From NCBI RefSeq assembly GCF_009914755.1, contig NC_060931.1: a DNA stretch of 64,000 bases; one strand, 5' to 3'. A program made the position numbers and the translations under genes. Position 1 is the stretch's first letter; every line of letters begins with the position of its first letter. Below the pieces are notes generated by a model. That model did not search any database. It saw nothing but the letters and a program-made list of their open reading frames with translations, and was not told the DNA's origin. The stretch is from the human T2T-CHM13v2.0 reference genome, Homo sapiens. This document shows, piece after piece, positions 27,178 through 39,013 of the stretch.

Positions 27178-27493
27178 CTGTTTAAAAATACAATTTTGGA
27201 TCATGAAAAAAACACGTTAATTTTATCTTTTGTAAAGTAAAAATAAATGTATACATAAATGCTGCTTATACATTAATGCATGTGTAGAGCAAAATCTGTC
27301 TTTTACTTGCCTTTGGTCTGTATTAACAGCCACTGAAGTAAACCTCTCCCTGAAACCAGCCACTGATGCATGAACTTGGGTCCCAGAGGGTCCTATTATG
27401 AAAGCTGGATCAATTGCAATGGGAAAAGGGCTAACGTTATTGTACCTAGAATGCTGAAGTGGTCAACTACCTAAATAAAGATTACACATGACA

Positions 27494-27772
27494 GGCCAGG
27501 TGTGGTGGCTCACACTTGTAATCCTAACATTTTAGGATGCCAAAGATGAATAATTGCTTGAGCCCAGGAATTCTAGACCAGCCTGGGCAGCATGGCAAGA
27601 CCCCGCCTCTACAAAAAAATTAAAAATTAGCTAGGTGTGGTGGCACATGCCTATTGTCTCAGCTACTCAGGAGGCTGAGGTGGGAGGATCGTTTGAGCCT
27701 AGGAGGACGAGGCTGCCGTAAGCAGTGGTTGTGCCACTGCAGTCCAGCCTGGGCAACAGAGTGAGACCCTGT
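27494..27772 (+). mobile_element. AluJ
   Basis: diverged dimer; tail degenerated to a C-rich run. Confidence 0.88.
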
Positions 27773-28607
27773 TCTCCCCACCCCTCCCCCAAAATTACAC
27801 AAAACCAATTTATTTTAAAAATTCTGATTAAATAGAATTATATTCTTTCAATAAAAAATTCATAGGCACTTGTGGACTCATTTATGTAAGTAACATTGAT
27901 CTATCCCTTCTTGGCATAAAAAGCTCAAAGTTGTTTGGGTTTTGACAGTGGATTTCTCCCTTTCCTGTGTGTGAAAGTAAAAGGAGCTATGACAGCTAGA
28001 GGAATGGGTGGATGAAGGCAAATGAACATTGATTAGTTATGTTCTAAGTGCAGACATTGTGCTGCACGTACCTAGCCTCTTTAGTACCCAAAATAATATT
28101 CCATTGATTCACTAGACATTCCTGACTTCTCAAAGCAATCTTGCTGGGGCTGTCCCACCATATTTGCAGAACCATTCACGGTAGGAGGTCTGAGATAGGG
28201 TGGCCAGCGCCATCCCTTAACAAACATCTGTAGAATAGAGGAGGCTCATACAACATGCTTTAGGAATGTTTTTCTGCTCCTTCTGAAACCTCATGGTGCC
28301 ACAACAATTGCCACAATGGAGACAACCAAAAATAGGAAGATCACTTCAAAGTGATACTTTAAAGAAATACTTTAAAGTTAGGAGTGTTTAAAAATGTTAT
28401 TTTAATTTATTATTAATATATCAAACACCACAATGAATTCTACAAATCTAGCTCCCTTTTCCTTCTATGACCTTCCATCATTATAAGCAGACAAAAGTAT
28501 GGTTGAATCTTCATTAAGTGTTGTGTTTTTCAGGAGATCATGTCTGTGAAAAGAAAAAAAAAAAAAAAAAGACCCTCTAACCTATCCTATTATCAAGGAT
28601 ATGAAAA

Positions 28608-28762
28608 GGCCAGGTGTGATGACTCACACCTATAGTCCCAGGACTTTGGGGTGACAAGTGGGAGAATCACTTGAGGCCAAGAGTTCACGACCAGCCTGGG
28701 CAACACATAGAAACCCCATCTCTACAAAAAAATTAAAAACTAGCTGGATATGGTAGTACACA
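28608..28762 (+). mobile_element. AluJ left arm, cut off at the start of the right arm
   Basis: ggccaggtgtgatgactcacacc ... aaaaactagctggatatggtag. Confidence 0.8.
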
Positions 28763-28800
28763 ACACAGTCATGATGCAGAACAATTCAGTCACAAGGATC

Positions 28801-29985
28801 CCATCAGAGAATATTATGAATGCTTCTGTGCACATAAACTAGAAAATCTAGAATAAATGGATAAATTACTGAACACATACATCCTCCCAAGACTGAACCA
28901 GGAAGAAATAAAATCCCTGAACAGACCAATAAAGAGTTCTGAAATTGAGGCAGTAATAATAGCTTACCACCCCCTAAAAAAGCCCAGGACCAGATGAATT
29001 CATGGCTGAATTCTGCCAAATGTAAAAAGAAGAGCTGATACCATTCCTACTGAAAATGTTCCAAAAAATTTAGGTGGAGGGACTCCTCTCTGACCCATTC
29101 TATGAGGCCAGAATAATCCTGATACCAAAACCTGGCAGAGATACAACAACAAAAAAACTTTGGGCCAGTATCCTTGATGAACAAATATGATACAAATATC
29201 CTCAACAAAATCCTGGCAAACTGAATTCAGCAGCACATCAAAAAGCTTATCTACCATGATCAAGTAGGCTTTATCCTCAGGATGCAAGTTTGGCTCAACA
29301 GATGTAAATCAATAAATGTGATTCATCACATAAACAAAAGCACTTGCTTATCTCAATAGATGCAAAAAGTCTTTCAATAAAATGCAACATCCACTCATGA
29401 TCAAAACTCTCAACAAACAAGGTATTAAAGGAACACACCTCAAAATAATAAAAGCCATCTATGACAAACTTACAGCTAACATTATACTGAATGGGCAAAA
29501 GCTGGAAGCATTCCCCTTGAAAACTGGCACAAAACAAGGATGGAATCAACCTAAATGCCCATCAATGATAGACTGGATAAAAAAAAAATGTGGTACATAG
29601 ACACCATGGAATACTATGCAGCCATAAAAAAAATGAGATCATGTCCTTTGCAGGGACATGGATGGAGCTGGAGGCCATTATGCTTAGCAAACTAACTCAG
29701 GAACAGAAAACTAAATACTGCATGTTCTCACTTATAAGTGGGAGCTAAATGATGAGAACACATGGATACATAGAGGGGAACAACACACACTGGGGCCTAT
29801 TAGAGGGTGGAGAGTGGGAGGAGGGAGACAGTCATTAAAAATAACTAATGGGTACTAGGCTTAATACTTGGGTAATGAAATAATCTGTATAACAAATGCC
29901 CATGACACAAGTTTCCTATGGAACAGACCTGCACTTACACCCCTGAACTTAAAATAAAAGTTTTAAAAAGTTAAAATAAAATAAA
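28801..29985 (+). mobile_element. older L1PA (L1PA13-16-like), 5'-truncated, internally deleted
   Basis: ORF2 peptide [32 protein letters not shown] fused to C-terminal [15 protein letters not shown]; 3'UTR and A-rich tail. Confidence 0.9.
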
Positions 29986-30230
29986 CCTGCCTTACTCTAG
30001 CCGGCAGTTGTTCCATTGAAGTTTAGCATGATAGTATTGGTCTACTTTTGTGAGCTGTGGTTCCAGGAGCAGTTTAATATTCAGAGTGTTTGTAGTATTA
30101 TTTTGGTCGGCTTGATTTATGTGAAGCTTCTGGGGCTCCCACTGGCCCCTGCTTCTGCTGCTTGAGGGAGTGAAAGTGGTTTTTCAAGATCAGACTGCCA
30201 GGTCGGGAAGAGTGTGGTGGTTTCCTGTAC

Positions 30231-30249
30231 CAATGCCCTCTAGTGGCCC
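30231..30249 (-). promoter_or_regulatory. candidate CTCF site
   Basis: reverse complement GGGCCACTAGAGGGCATTG fits the CTCF core CCAC(C/T)AG(A/G)GGGC(A/G); sits in a GC-richer patch of intron 7. Confidence 0.55.
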
Positions 30250-31859
30250 AGTGTCTCTGGGCGCTGGGAAGACAGTCTTGGGCACAAAGTACAAAAGAGG
30301 CTTCCTGGGCCAGGTCACTTGCTGTGATTGGGTCCCTTTCTGCTATATCTATTTGCTTCTGTGTCTCTAGGTTTGAAGGTAGAGCCTCAGGCTCACAGAC
30401 ACAAAGAGGCTTCCCAGACACAGAGTGAACTACATTTCTTTTTTGATATGATTGACATCCAAAGAATTTAAGAAATTTGTTTGAAATGATACCAAAAGTG
30501 TAATGCTGAGTGAGGATTAAAGCTTAGGTCTCTAGCAGCCAGCCTGGGGCTCCTTTTACTAAATAAATGGCATGTGAAGCAATGCATAATTAATCATTAA
30601 AAGATTAACTCATGGTCTGTTTTTAATCTTAAAACAGACATCAAAACATTTTAAGTAATTTTTCAACAAATACTGATGTGAAGAGTTTGCCACCTAACTT
30701 GCTTAACATTCTAGTATACAGAAAAATCAATTGACAAGAAGCTTTTGCCAAATATTTTAGTTAACTGATAATCCCCAGAAACATTATTTGAACTCTATGT
30801 TACTCTGAGCAAAAAATTAACAGAGACCTGAGAACTTCAGTTTCTTTCTCTGTAAAGTGAGATAATACCTATACTTCAGAAAGATAACACAGGCATTTGC
30901 GTGACAATAAATGCTCAATAAATGATAATTATTATTTGCAGAAACAAAATAATATCCATTATACAGGTTAAAATTTCTACAGTTTCTTAATACTTACTAC
31001 CTGACTTATTTTGTGTGATGCTTGGTTTTGGTTGTCCATTCATTACTTTTGCTACATGAATTTATATTGCCTTATCTGAGTTGTGTTGAACTCCACAAAA
31101 ATTACATACTGGGCCAATTTCTCTACTGAAAATACACTCATATCAAATCAGTTTAAAATTAACACCATGTTCACCTTGAAATGGAAAATAAGTTTTAAAA
31201 GATCACTGGAAACGTGTGCTGGGGTAGAGAGGGCCACTTCTACCTCTCTGCCTTCATGACAGGAGAGAGAGCTGAAGGCCAAGGATTTATATGCATCCTT
31301 AGGGACTAGAAAGTATCTGTTTTCTTAAATTATTTTATAACCAAAAATTTAACTGTGTTTGAATGCTGACAAAACTGTAAAATCAATTTAAAACTTAAAC
31401 AAAAATCTAGAAAGCCAAAAACATTAAAGTAAAAAAAAATGTTAATTGAATGGGACATCTGTAGTTCACTAAACTTGAGTCTCTACTTGCCGTGTGAATG
31501 GGGCATCATCCACTAGAGAGCATGGTTCTTTGGAGTTCAAGTTTTTTTTTTTTGTTTTGTTTTTGTTTTTGTTTGTTTACTTGCTCGTTTTCTTACAAAG
31601 GCAGAAGGTAGATATGAGAGCTACATTCTTCTTTCTCATCCCTTCCCCAAATAATCACATGGCCAAGAACAGCATGGAGTCTTGGCAGGGGTAGTACTCA
31701 GTGAGGCTGGATATGCTTATCCAGCTGATTTTGAACAGAAAACGTAAAAGTAACAAGTACAGAATCAGAGTCATCATGTAGTAAAAAGACCTTTCCGTAG
31801 GGTGAGAGCAGGAAGGGAGAAGGTGCAGTTCAAAATCTGGATTCACAGGCTTCACCTAC

Positions 31860-32031
31860 CTTTGCCCAGACAGCAGCTGACAGTCCAAGAACAGGACTGA
31901 TGGCCAAAATCACAAGGGTTAGCTTCCAACCACGTGTAAATCCTACTATAAACCCAGTGAAAAATGTTGCCATTGACTGAAAGAACATTCCAATTTTGTC
32001 ACCAATTCCTTCATTAATCTTGGAGACATCA
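31860..32031 (-). CDS. ABCB1: ABCB1 exon 7 (172 nt; [12 protein letters not shown]...SAAVWAK), TM3-TM4; Gly185 (GGA)
   Basis: ctttcag|TGATGTC ... GCAAAG|gtaggt; ORF 31830..32081. Confidence 0.98.
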
Positions 32032-32574
32032 CTGAAAGAACAGATAGTGTTAGAAATAATTGTCAGAATTGTAAACATCAACTTTTCTCGTGAAGCCTGT
32101 TTTGAGTGTAGGGTAGTTTATGGCTAGAGTATTTTGTGCCTATGCTTTGTTTTATTTAGCAGGGTAGAAGTTTCTACTAGGATATTTGTCATTAACAACA
32201 AAAATCCATAGCCCACATGGCCCCAGGAAATGGACATCGTGTACACAAGAAGTATTCAACCTAGGAATTTCAAATTGCTCAGAAATTTCCTCAGAAAGTA
32301 TCTTGTTTTGCTCTACTGCACATTCTCAGAGGATTTCTTCATTCTGGCAAAGCCCAGTCCTTCATTTAATGCTAGTCATGCAGGTCCCCCCATACCCTGT
32401 CAAGGCACTGGGAACAAAAGGATGCACACGACATTGTTGCTGCTTAGAAGGAATTTTGTCTCATAAGTACCTTTGAATGATACATTAACACCTCCTAACA
32501 GATGTGATGACATCTATTTCATTTTACTAAGGATAAGAACGACACCCAAGTTCAACATAAAACTAAATACTTAC

Positions 32575-32766
32575 TCTGTAAGTCGGGTGTTAAGCTCCCC
32601 AACATCGTGCACATCAAACCAGCCTATCTCCTGTCGCATTATAGCATGAAAAAACTGTTTTCTAATTTTGTGTATTTGTCTTCCAGCTGCCAGGCACCAA
32701 AATGAAACCTGAATGTAAGCAGCAACCAGCACCCCAGCACCAATTCCACTGTAATAATAGGCATAC
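32575..32766 (-). CDS. ABCB1: ABCB1 exon 6 (192 nt; [11 protein letters not shown]...ELNTRLT), TM2 and ICL1
   Basis: tttcag|GTATGCC ... CTTACAGA|gtaagt; ORF 32571..32840. Confidence 0.98.
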
Positions 32767-32939
32767 CTGAAAAACAACAAGAACACTGCACATGCTCTCT
32801 GTTTCCTAATCAATGTACCTTTTCCAAAGAGACCACTCATTCCTATTTTTTCACTTATCTGGGTATCTCGCCATCCTTAACAAATAAGAAGGGGTTGTAA
32901 CAAGCAGAGTTGATAGTCACCATCCAACTATGTTTGCAC

Positions 32940-33140
32940 CAATATGGTGGAATGGTTAAGAATGATTTCTGCTTTGGCTCAAATCCCAGCTCTTCACTTC
33001 ACTGTTATGTAATCTTAGGCAAGCTGCTTAACTTTTCTAAGCCTCAGTTTTCTAATTAGTAAAACAGAGATAAAAATACTCATGCATGAAATATACTTGG
33101 ACCAGTGCCCAGCACATAGTAAGCACTCAGAGAATGCCAG
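32940..33140 (+). mobile_element. MIR
   Basis: tcaaatcccagctc ... cttaggcaagctgcttaacttttctaagcctcagtttt. Confidence 0.7.
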
Positions 33141-33602
33141 TTACTGTGAAAGATGGTGTGGTATATTGGGGAATCACAGCATCAGGTAAGACCCACCACT
33201 GTAATATTTTTATTACATCAGCATCAGTTGATAAGTGCATTGGGTTGGTCTCTGTACATTGGGGATGAAAAGAAGTGACAGAACTTGTCAGAAAGTGGGA
33301 TCAAGAAATGGAAATAATCCCTTGGCCTTTTGGGCTAGGGATTATCCCTTGGGCTATTAATCTAGTAGAGTTTAGATGCCAAGAGACAAATGAAATTTTT
33401 AAAAAGTAGTTTTATTTCATTTGCCCAACTGGCCATCGTGAGTTATCCTAAAATGCTTAACGAATCAAATAGTGGCCCTTCCAATTTAAATTCTAGCATT
33501 AAAAAACACGAGTATTGTCTTAAAAAACAGACCCTTAATCAATCTAGAAATCCTGAATTAATGTTTCCTTGCTCTGAGTTTTCATATTTAAAAAAGCAAA
33601 CA

Positions 33603-33919
<317 letters not shown>

Positions 33920-34215
33920 TCACACCTGTAATCCCAGCACTTCGGGAGGCCAAGGTGGGCGGATCATGAAGTCAGGAGTTCGAGACCAGCCTGACCAAAG
34001 TGGTGAAATCCCGTCTCTACTAAAAATACGACAATAATAATAATAATAATAATAATAAAAATTAGCCGGGTGTGGTGGTGCACACCTGTAATCCCAGCTA
34101 CTCAGGAGGCTGAGGCAGGAGAATCGCTTGAAGGCAGAAGTTGCAGTGCACAGAGATCGTGCCACTACACTCCAACCTGGGTGACAGAGTAAAACTCCAT
34201 CTCAAAAAAAAAAAA
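33920..34215 (+). mobile_element. AluS (Sg-like), slightly 5'-truncated, (TAA)n in linker
   Basis: dimer with poly-A; TSD gcaaacaattc. Confidence 0.92.
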
Positions 34216-34746
34216 TGCAAACAATTCTTGGGCTTCACTAAACAATTAATTTTTAGGTTAAAGGCAAACATTCTAAAATAAAATACAGTATTCCAATATT
34301 CCCACTTTTTAAACTTCACTACTTACCATCTTCAAATTAAACTGTGTGTTTGAATCATGCAGAAGCTATAAAGATGGCTAGGTAACAAGCAGACAGTCTC
34401 TGACATTGCTGTTCACAATTCAGCACTCAGCCCATCAGGAATCTTGGGAAACAAGTTTTCCCCAAACTCTACCTTGTAACTTACAATGCATTTATCAAGG
34501 AAGATGTAATTAGAACACTAAGTTTTAGTTAACAGATAACTCAATAACTAATTACTATCTAAGTGTTCATGATACAACAAGAGATAGTATTCTATCTAAG
34601 TGTTCATTATATAGCAAGAGATAGCTAATAGAAACCCCACATCACAAGGAAAACTCATGCTTTGAGAATAAGTTAATGTATTTTAAACTGTCAGTGTATG
34701 TTTACTCAAAAGCATGTACATGATGATTAAAAGACATTCTGTTTCA

Positions 34747-35208
<462 letters not shown>

Positions 35209-35473
35209 CTACACGTACCTTTGGACATCTGTTATAAGCTGTTCTGGAGAATAAACTTCAAGATATGTAAATCATTAACCAAAAGCTTCCCCAGTGTGAG
35301 TTAAGAATAGAGAGACTGTATTTTTTCTGGGATGTTTTATTTTATTGTTCAGAATCAGATGTTGAGTTTAAAAAAAATTTCTTTTGGCTGCTTTCATTGT
35401 CATGTCGTATGAAAACATCCAGGAAACAAATTAATAATTATAAGCCATTGAAAATAATTATTCTGTCTCTCTC

Positions 35474-35640
35474 TTTTTTTGTGGGGGGGTGTGGGGGACA
35501 GGGTCCTGCTCTTTCCCCCAGGCTGGAGTGCAGTGATGTGATCATAGCTCACTGCAGCTTTGAACTCCTGGGCTCAAGCAATCCTCTCACATCAGCCTCC
35601 CAAGTAGCTAGGACTGTAGCTATGTGCCACCACACCTGGC
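35474..35640 (-). mobile_element. AluJ/FRAM-type monomer
   Basis: cccaggctggagtgcagtgatgtgatcatagctcactgcagc. Confidence 0.82.
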
Positions 35641-35960
35641 ACATATATATTATAGAAAATAATGATTCTTAATTCAACTGCATTTTAAAAGACTACCTTA
35701 AACTCCTCTAATTTCCTTATATATTAATATGATATTCTACATTGATCAATGCATATATGTCCATTTTAAGCTTAACTCTAACTTTTGTATACTTTATGCA
35801 GCCAATTCTTTTCTTAAAAAGTCTACATATACTCTTCTAAAAACTATCAAGAGTATTGTTCTCCTTAAAATTTCTGTGATGATAATGCAAAGTTTTAAAC
35901 ATTTCTACAACTTGATGAATATAGAAAAACTTAACAATAGTAAGGAGAATGTCTAATTAC

Positions 35961-36012
35961 CTGGTCATGTCTTCCTCCAGATTCATGAAGAACCCTGTAT
36001 CATTGATATCAC
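35961..36012 (-). CDS. ABCB1: ABCB1 exon 5 (52 nt; (S)DINDTGFFMNLEEDMT(R))
   Basis: ggtctag|GTGATATC ... ATGACCAG|gtaatt; read by hand, keeps frame between exons 4 and 6. Confidence 0.97.
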
Positions 36013-36899
36013 CTAGACCACCACAAAACAAACATACCATTTATGTCTCTTTAGTCTCCATTAAAAATAAACATGTAAAAATGAATCAAACTCATTTCAT
36101 TTAATGATTTACATAAAAATAGGTCGAACTGACTCAGTTTTAATTGTGTGTAAGCATTATGGCATTCATTCAAATACTTCTCTGCTGACTGTGTGCAACC
36201 ACATATACACCAACTCAGTGATGTTTATTTGCAAGAAGAAACCCACATTTGGTAAGAGGTAGTCTGTCAGCAGAAATATCAGTGTCCTTGAATTAAAATA
36301 TTTTTTGGAATATCACTCCAAGATCCCACTAAAGAAAAATCTTTTGTCCTGATAAATGCCATTGAGTACTTGGTACTAAGGTATATATTTAAAATCTTAG
36401 CATTTTTCCAGTTTTATTCTTATTTAAAAATATCAAATACAAAGAACAGTGTAATAAACACCAGTGAGCTCATCACCCAATATTAGCAAATGCTAACATT
36501 TTTGGATAAAAAGTACATTATAAAAGTATTTCATAACTTTACCCCTAACACACAGACACACACACACACACTCAGACACATATACACACACGAGCACAAT
36601 TCAACATTTTTGTGTGTACATTTTCAGATTTTATGTACGCATGTATATACACACAAGCACACACACTTATTTTTTAACAATGGAGTCATAGTTTACATTT
36701 AGTGGCCAAATTTTTTCCTGTCAGTATATATATGTGTGTATCTATTTTTTCAATGTTGCAACTATTTCACTTGTTTCCAATATTTTACTGTTACAAGCAA
36801 TGCTGTGTTAAACATACTTATACACATATGTTATAAATGTACAAAGAGTAAATATTTTCTAGGATAAATTATCACAATCGAGACTGCAAAAAGTTATGT

Positions 36900-37720
36900 T
36901 AAAATGAAAGGGCCTGTTTCAGTTGAGTCTGATTTCAACTGGTATGGAAAAGAGGGGAAAAACTATTTCTAGCAAAGTGAACAATATGGACAAAAGTCAA
37001 CGGCAAGTTTGAAGAATGGGTAAGCCTGTTTTTGACAGGGGTAGGAAGTGTGTTGTGTGGATGGAGGGAGGTGGTTATGTAGCTGGAAAGATAATCTGGG
37101 TCCTGCAGGTATGGTGCAAGAAAACAGACCAGCAGTTGTTCGACAGTTTTGAGCAAAATAGGATATAATTAGAAGTATGTTCTACGAGAGTTTAGCCACC
37201 AGCAATGTATACGATTAACTGGAATGTGGAGAGACTAAGGGACTTCAGCTACTATAACTATGTAGGGAAAGAGAGTCTAAATGAGAATAGAAAAGAAAGC
37301 AAATACTTATGAGACTTATAGAGGAAGAAGTTACAGGACTTAGCAACTGATAGAATATAAGTAGAGAGAGTAAAAATTTTAAAAATGATCAAAACATCAA
37401 GCCTAAGCATTTGGAGAATGCTAGTGTCATGGTGGGAAATAAGAAGTCAGCAAAAAGAGCTACCCTGGTCAGAGGAGAGATTATTAGTTTGGTCTTGAAC
37501 ATTTTTGTTTTGCAGTGCCTGGCACATTCAATTGAAGATGTCCAATAAGTATTCAGACCGTAACTTTCCAGTTTTAGAGACAGTTCAGATCTAAAGATTT
37601 AGGATTCATGTGCTAGAGGCCATAGCTAAATCCATCTCTCCTTACCCATAAGGACAGGCCAGCAGATAGGGAGAAAACAGCAGGCCAAGCACAGAATCCT
37701 GGAGAAAACTCCATTAAAGG
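36900..37720 (-). mobile_element. decayed L2
   Basis: gaagttacaggacttagcaactgatagaat ... tgaagatgtccaataag; boundaries approximate. Confidence 0.55.
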
Positions 37721-38370
37721 GTAAGACAGAAGGTAAGGAAGAAACAAAGAGATGCAGAAGCTTAGAAAAACATGCAAGAGGGATTCTTGACTGCTTTGCC
37801 TTATGTCAATACAACAATAAACTTTTTCAGATTGAATTTTTATTTAAATCAGTTGTGAGATTTCTTCTGCTCCACGTTTTCAAAAATGAAACAGGACATT
37901 GAATAGTCAGGTGAGGATTTTTCTCCAAATCAATCTTGGGAAAGCTTACATTATGTATCTTCTGTATTTACCAGGAAATGTCTCTATATAGTATTAATTG
38001 TTGCCAGTATGTCACTACCAAATGAAGACCAGTTTTCAAGTCTAACTAAATATCTGTTTTCTACTCATTGTTTCTACCAGTTTTCTCAATTCTTAAGATA
38101 AGAAACCAAGATAATTTAAATAAATGTTCTTCAGCAATGATGTCTTCTAAGTCTACAGTCATTTCTAAATAGCTCAAAAAGTAAAAAATTTTGTTCAAGG
38201 TCAAAATTGCCTCCTTTATGTTTGTATGTCCAATTACACCATACCTATAGCTTCAGCCATCAAAATACATAGAAAACAAGTCTAGCACCAAGTTCCTTTT
38301 ATTTGTGCTTCACCTTTCAAAGTGTACCAGTCAAAATAAAAATTGGGCATTCAACAAAGAAGTATAAATA

Positions 38371-38806
38371 ATTCTATTATAAAGACACATGCATGCATAT
38401 GTTCATTGTAGCACTATTCACAAAAGCAATAAACCTAAATGCCAATCAATGACAGACTGGATAAAGAAAATGTGGTACATAGATGCCATGGAATACTATG
38501 CAGCCATAAAAAAGAATGAGATCATGTCCTTTGCAGGGACAGGGAGGGGGCTGGAGGCCATTATCCTTAGCAAACTAACACAGGAAGAGAAAACCAAATA
38601 CCACGTTTTCACTTATAAGTAGGATCTAAATGATGAGAACACATGGACACACAGAGGGAAACAACACACACTGGAGACTTTTGGAGTGTGGAGGGTGGGG
38701 GGAGGGAGAGAATCAGGAAAAATAACTAGTGGGTACTAGGCTTAATACCTGGGTGATGAAATAATCTCTACACAAAAACCCCATGACACACATTTACCTA
38801 TGTAAC
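38371..38806 (+). mobile_element. older L1PA 3' end, interrupted by THE1
   Basis: ORF 38389..38622 DWIKKMWYIDAMEYYAAIKKNE is the L1 ORF2 C-terminus; 3'UTR follows. Confidence 0.9.
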
Positions 38807-39013
38807 TATATTAGTCTATTCGTATGCTGCTGATAAAAACATACCTGAGACTGGGTAATTTATAAAGAAAAAGAGGTTTAATGCACTCATAGTTCCACAT
38901 GGCTGGGGAGGCCTCACAATCATGGCAGAAGGCAAAGGAGGGGCAAAGGCATGTCTTACATGACGACAGTCAAGAGGGCACATGCAGGGGAACTCCCATT
39001 AATAAAACCATCA
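38807..39013 (-). mobile_element. THE1 (MaLR) LTR, partial
   Basis: tatattagtctattcgtatgctgctgataaaaacatacctgagactggg ... gaactcccattaataaaaccatca, then an abrupt end. Confidence 0.88.

Noticed and set aside
31508-31525. Second CTCF-like string CCACTAGAGAGCA
   Set aside because: Mismatch in the conserved GGG core; weak.
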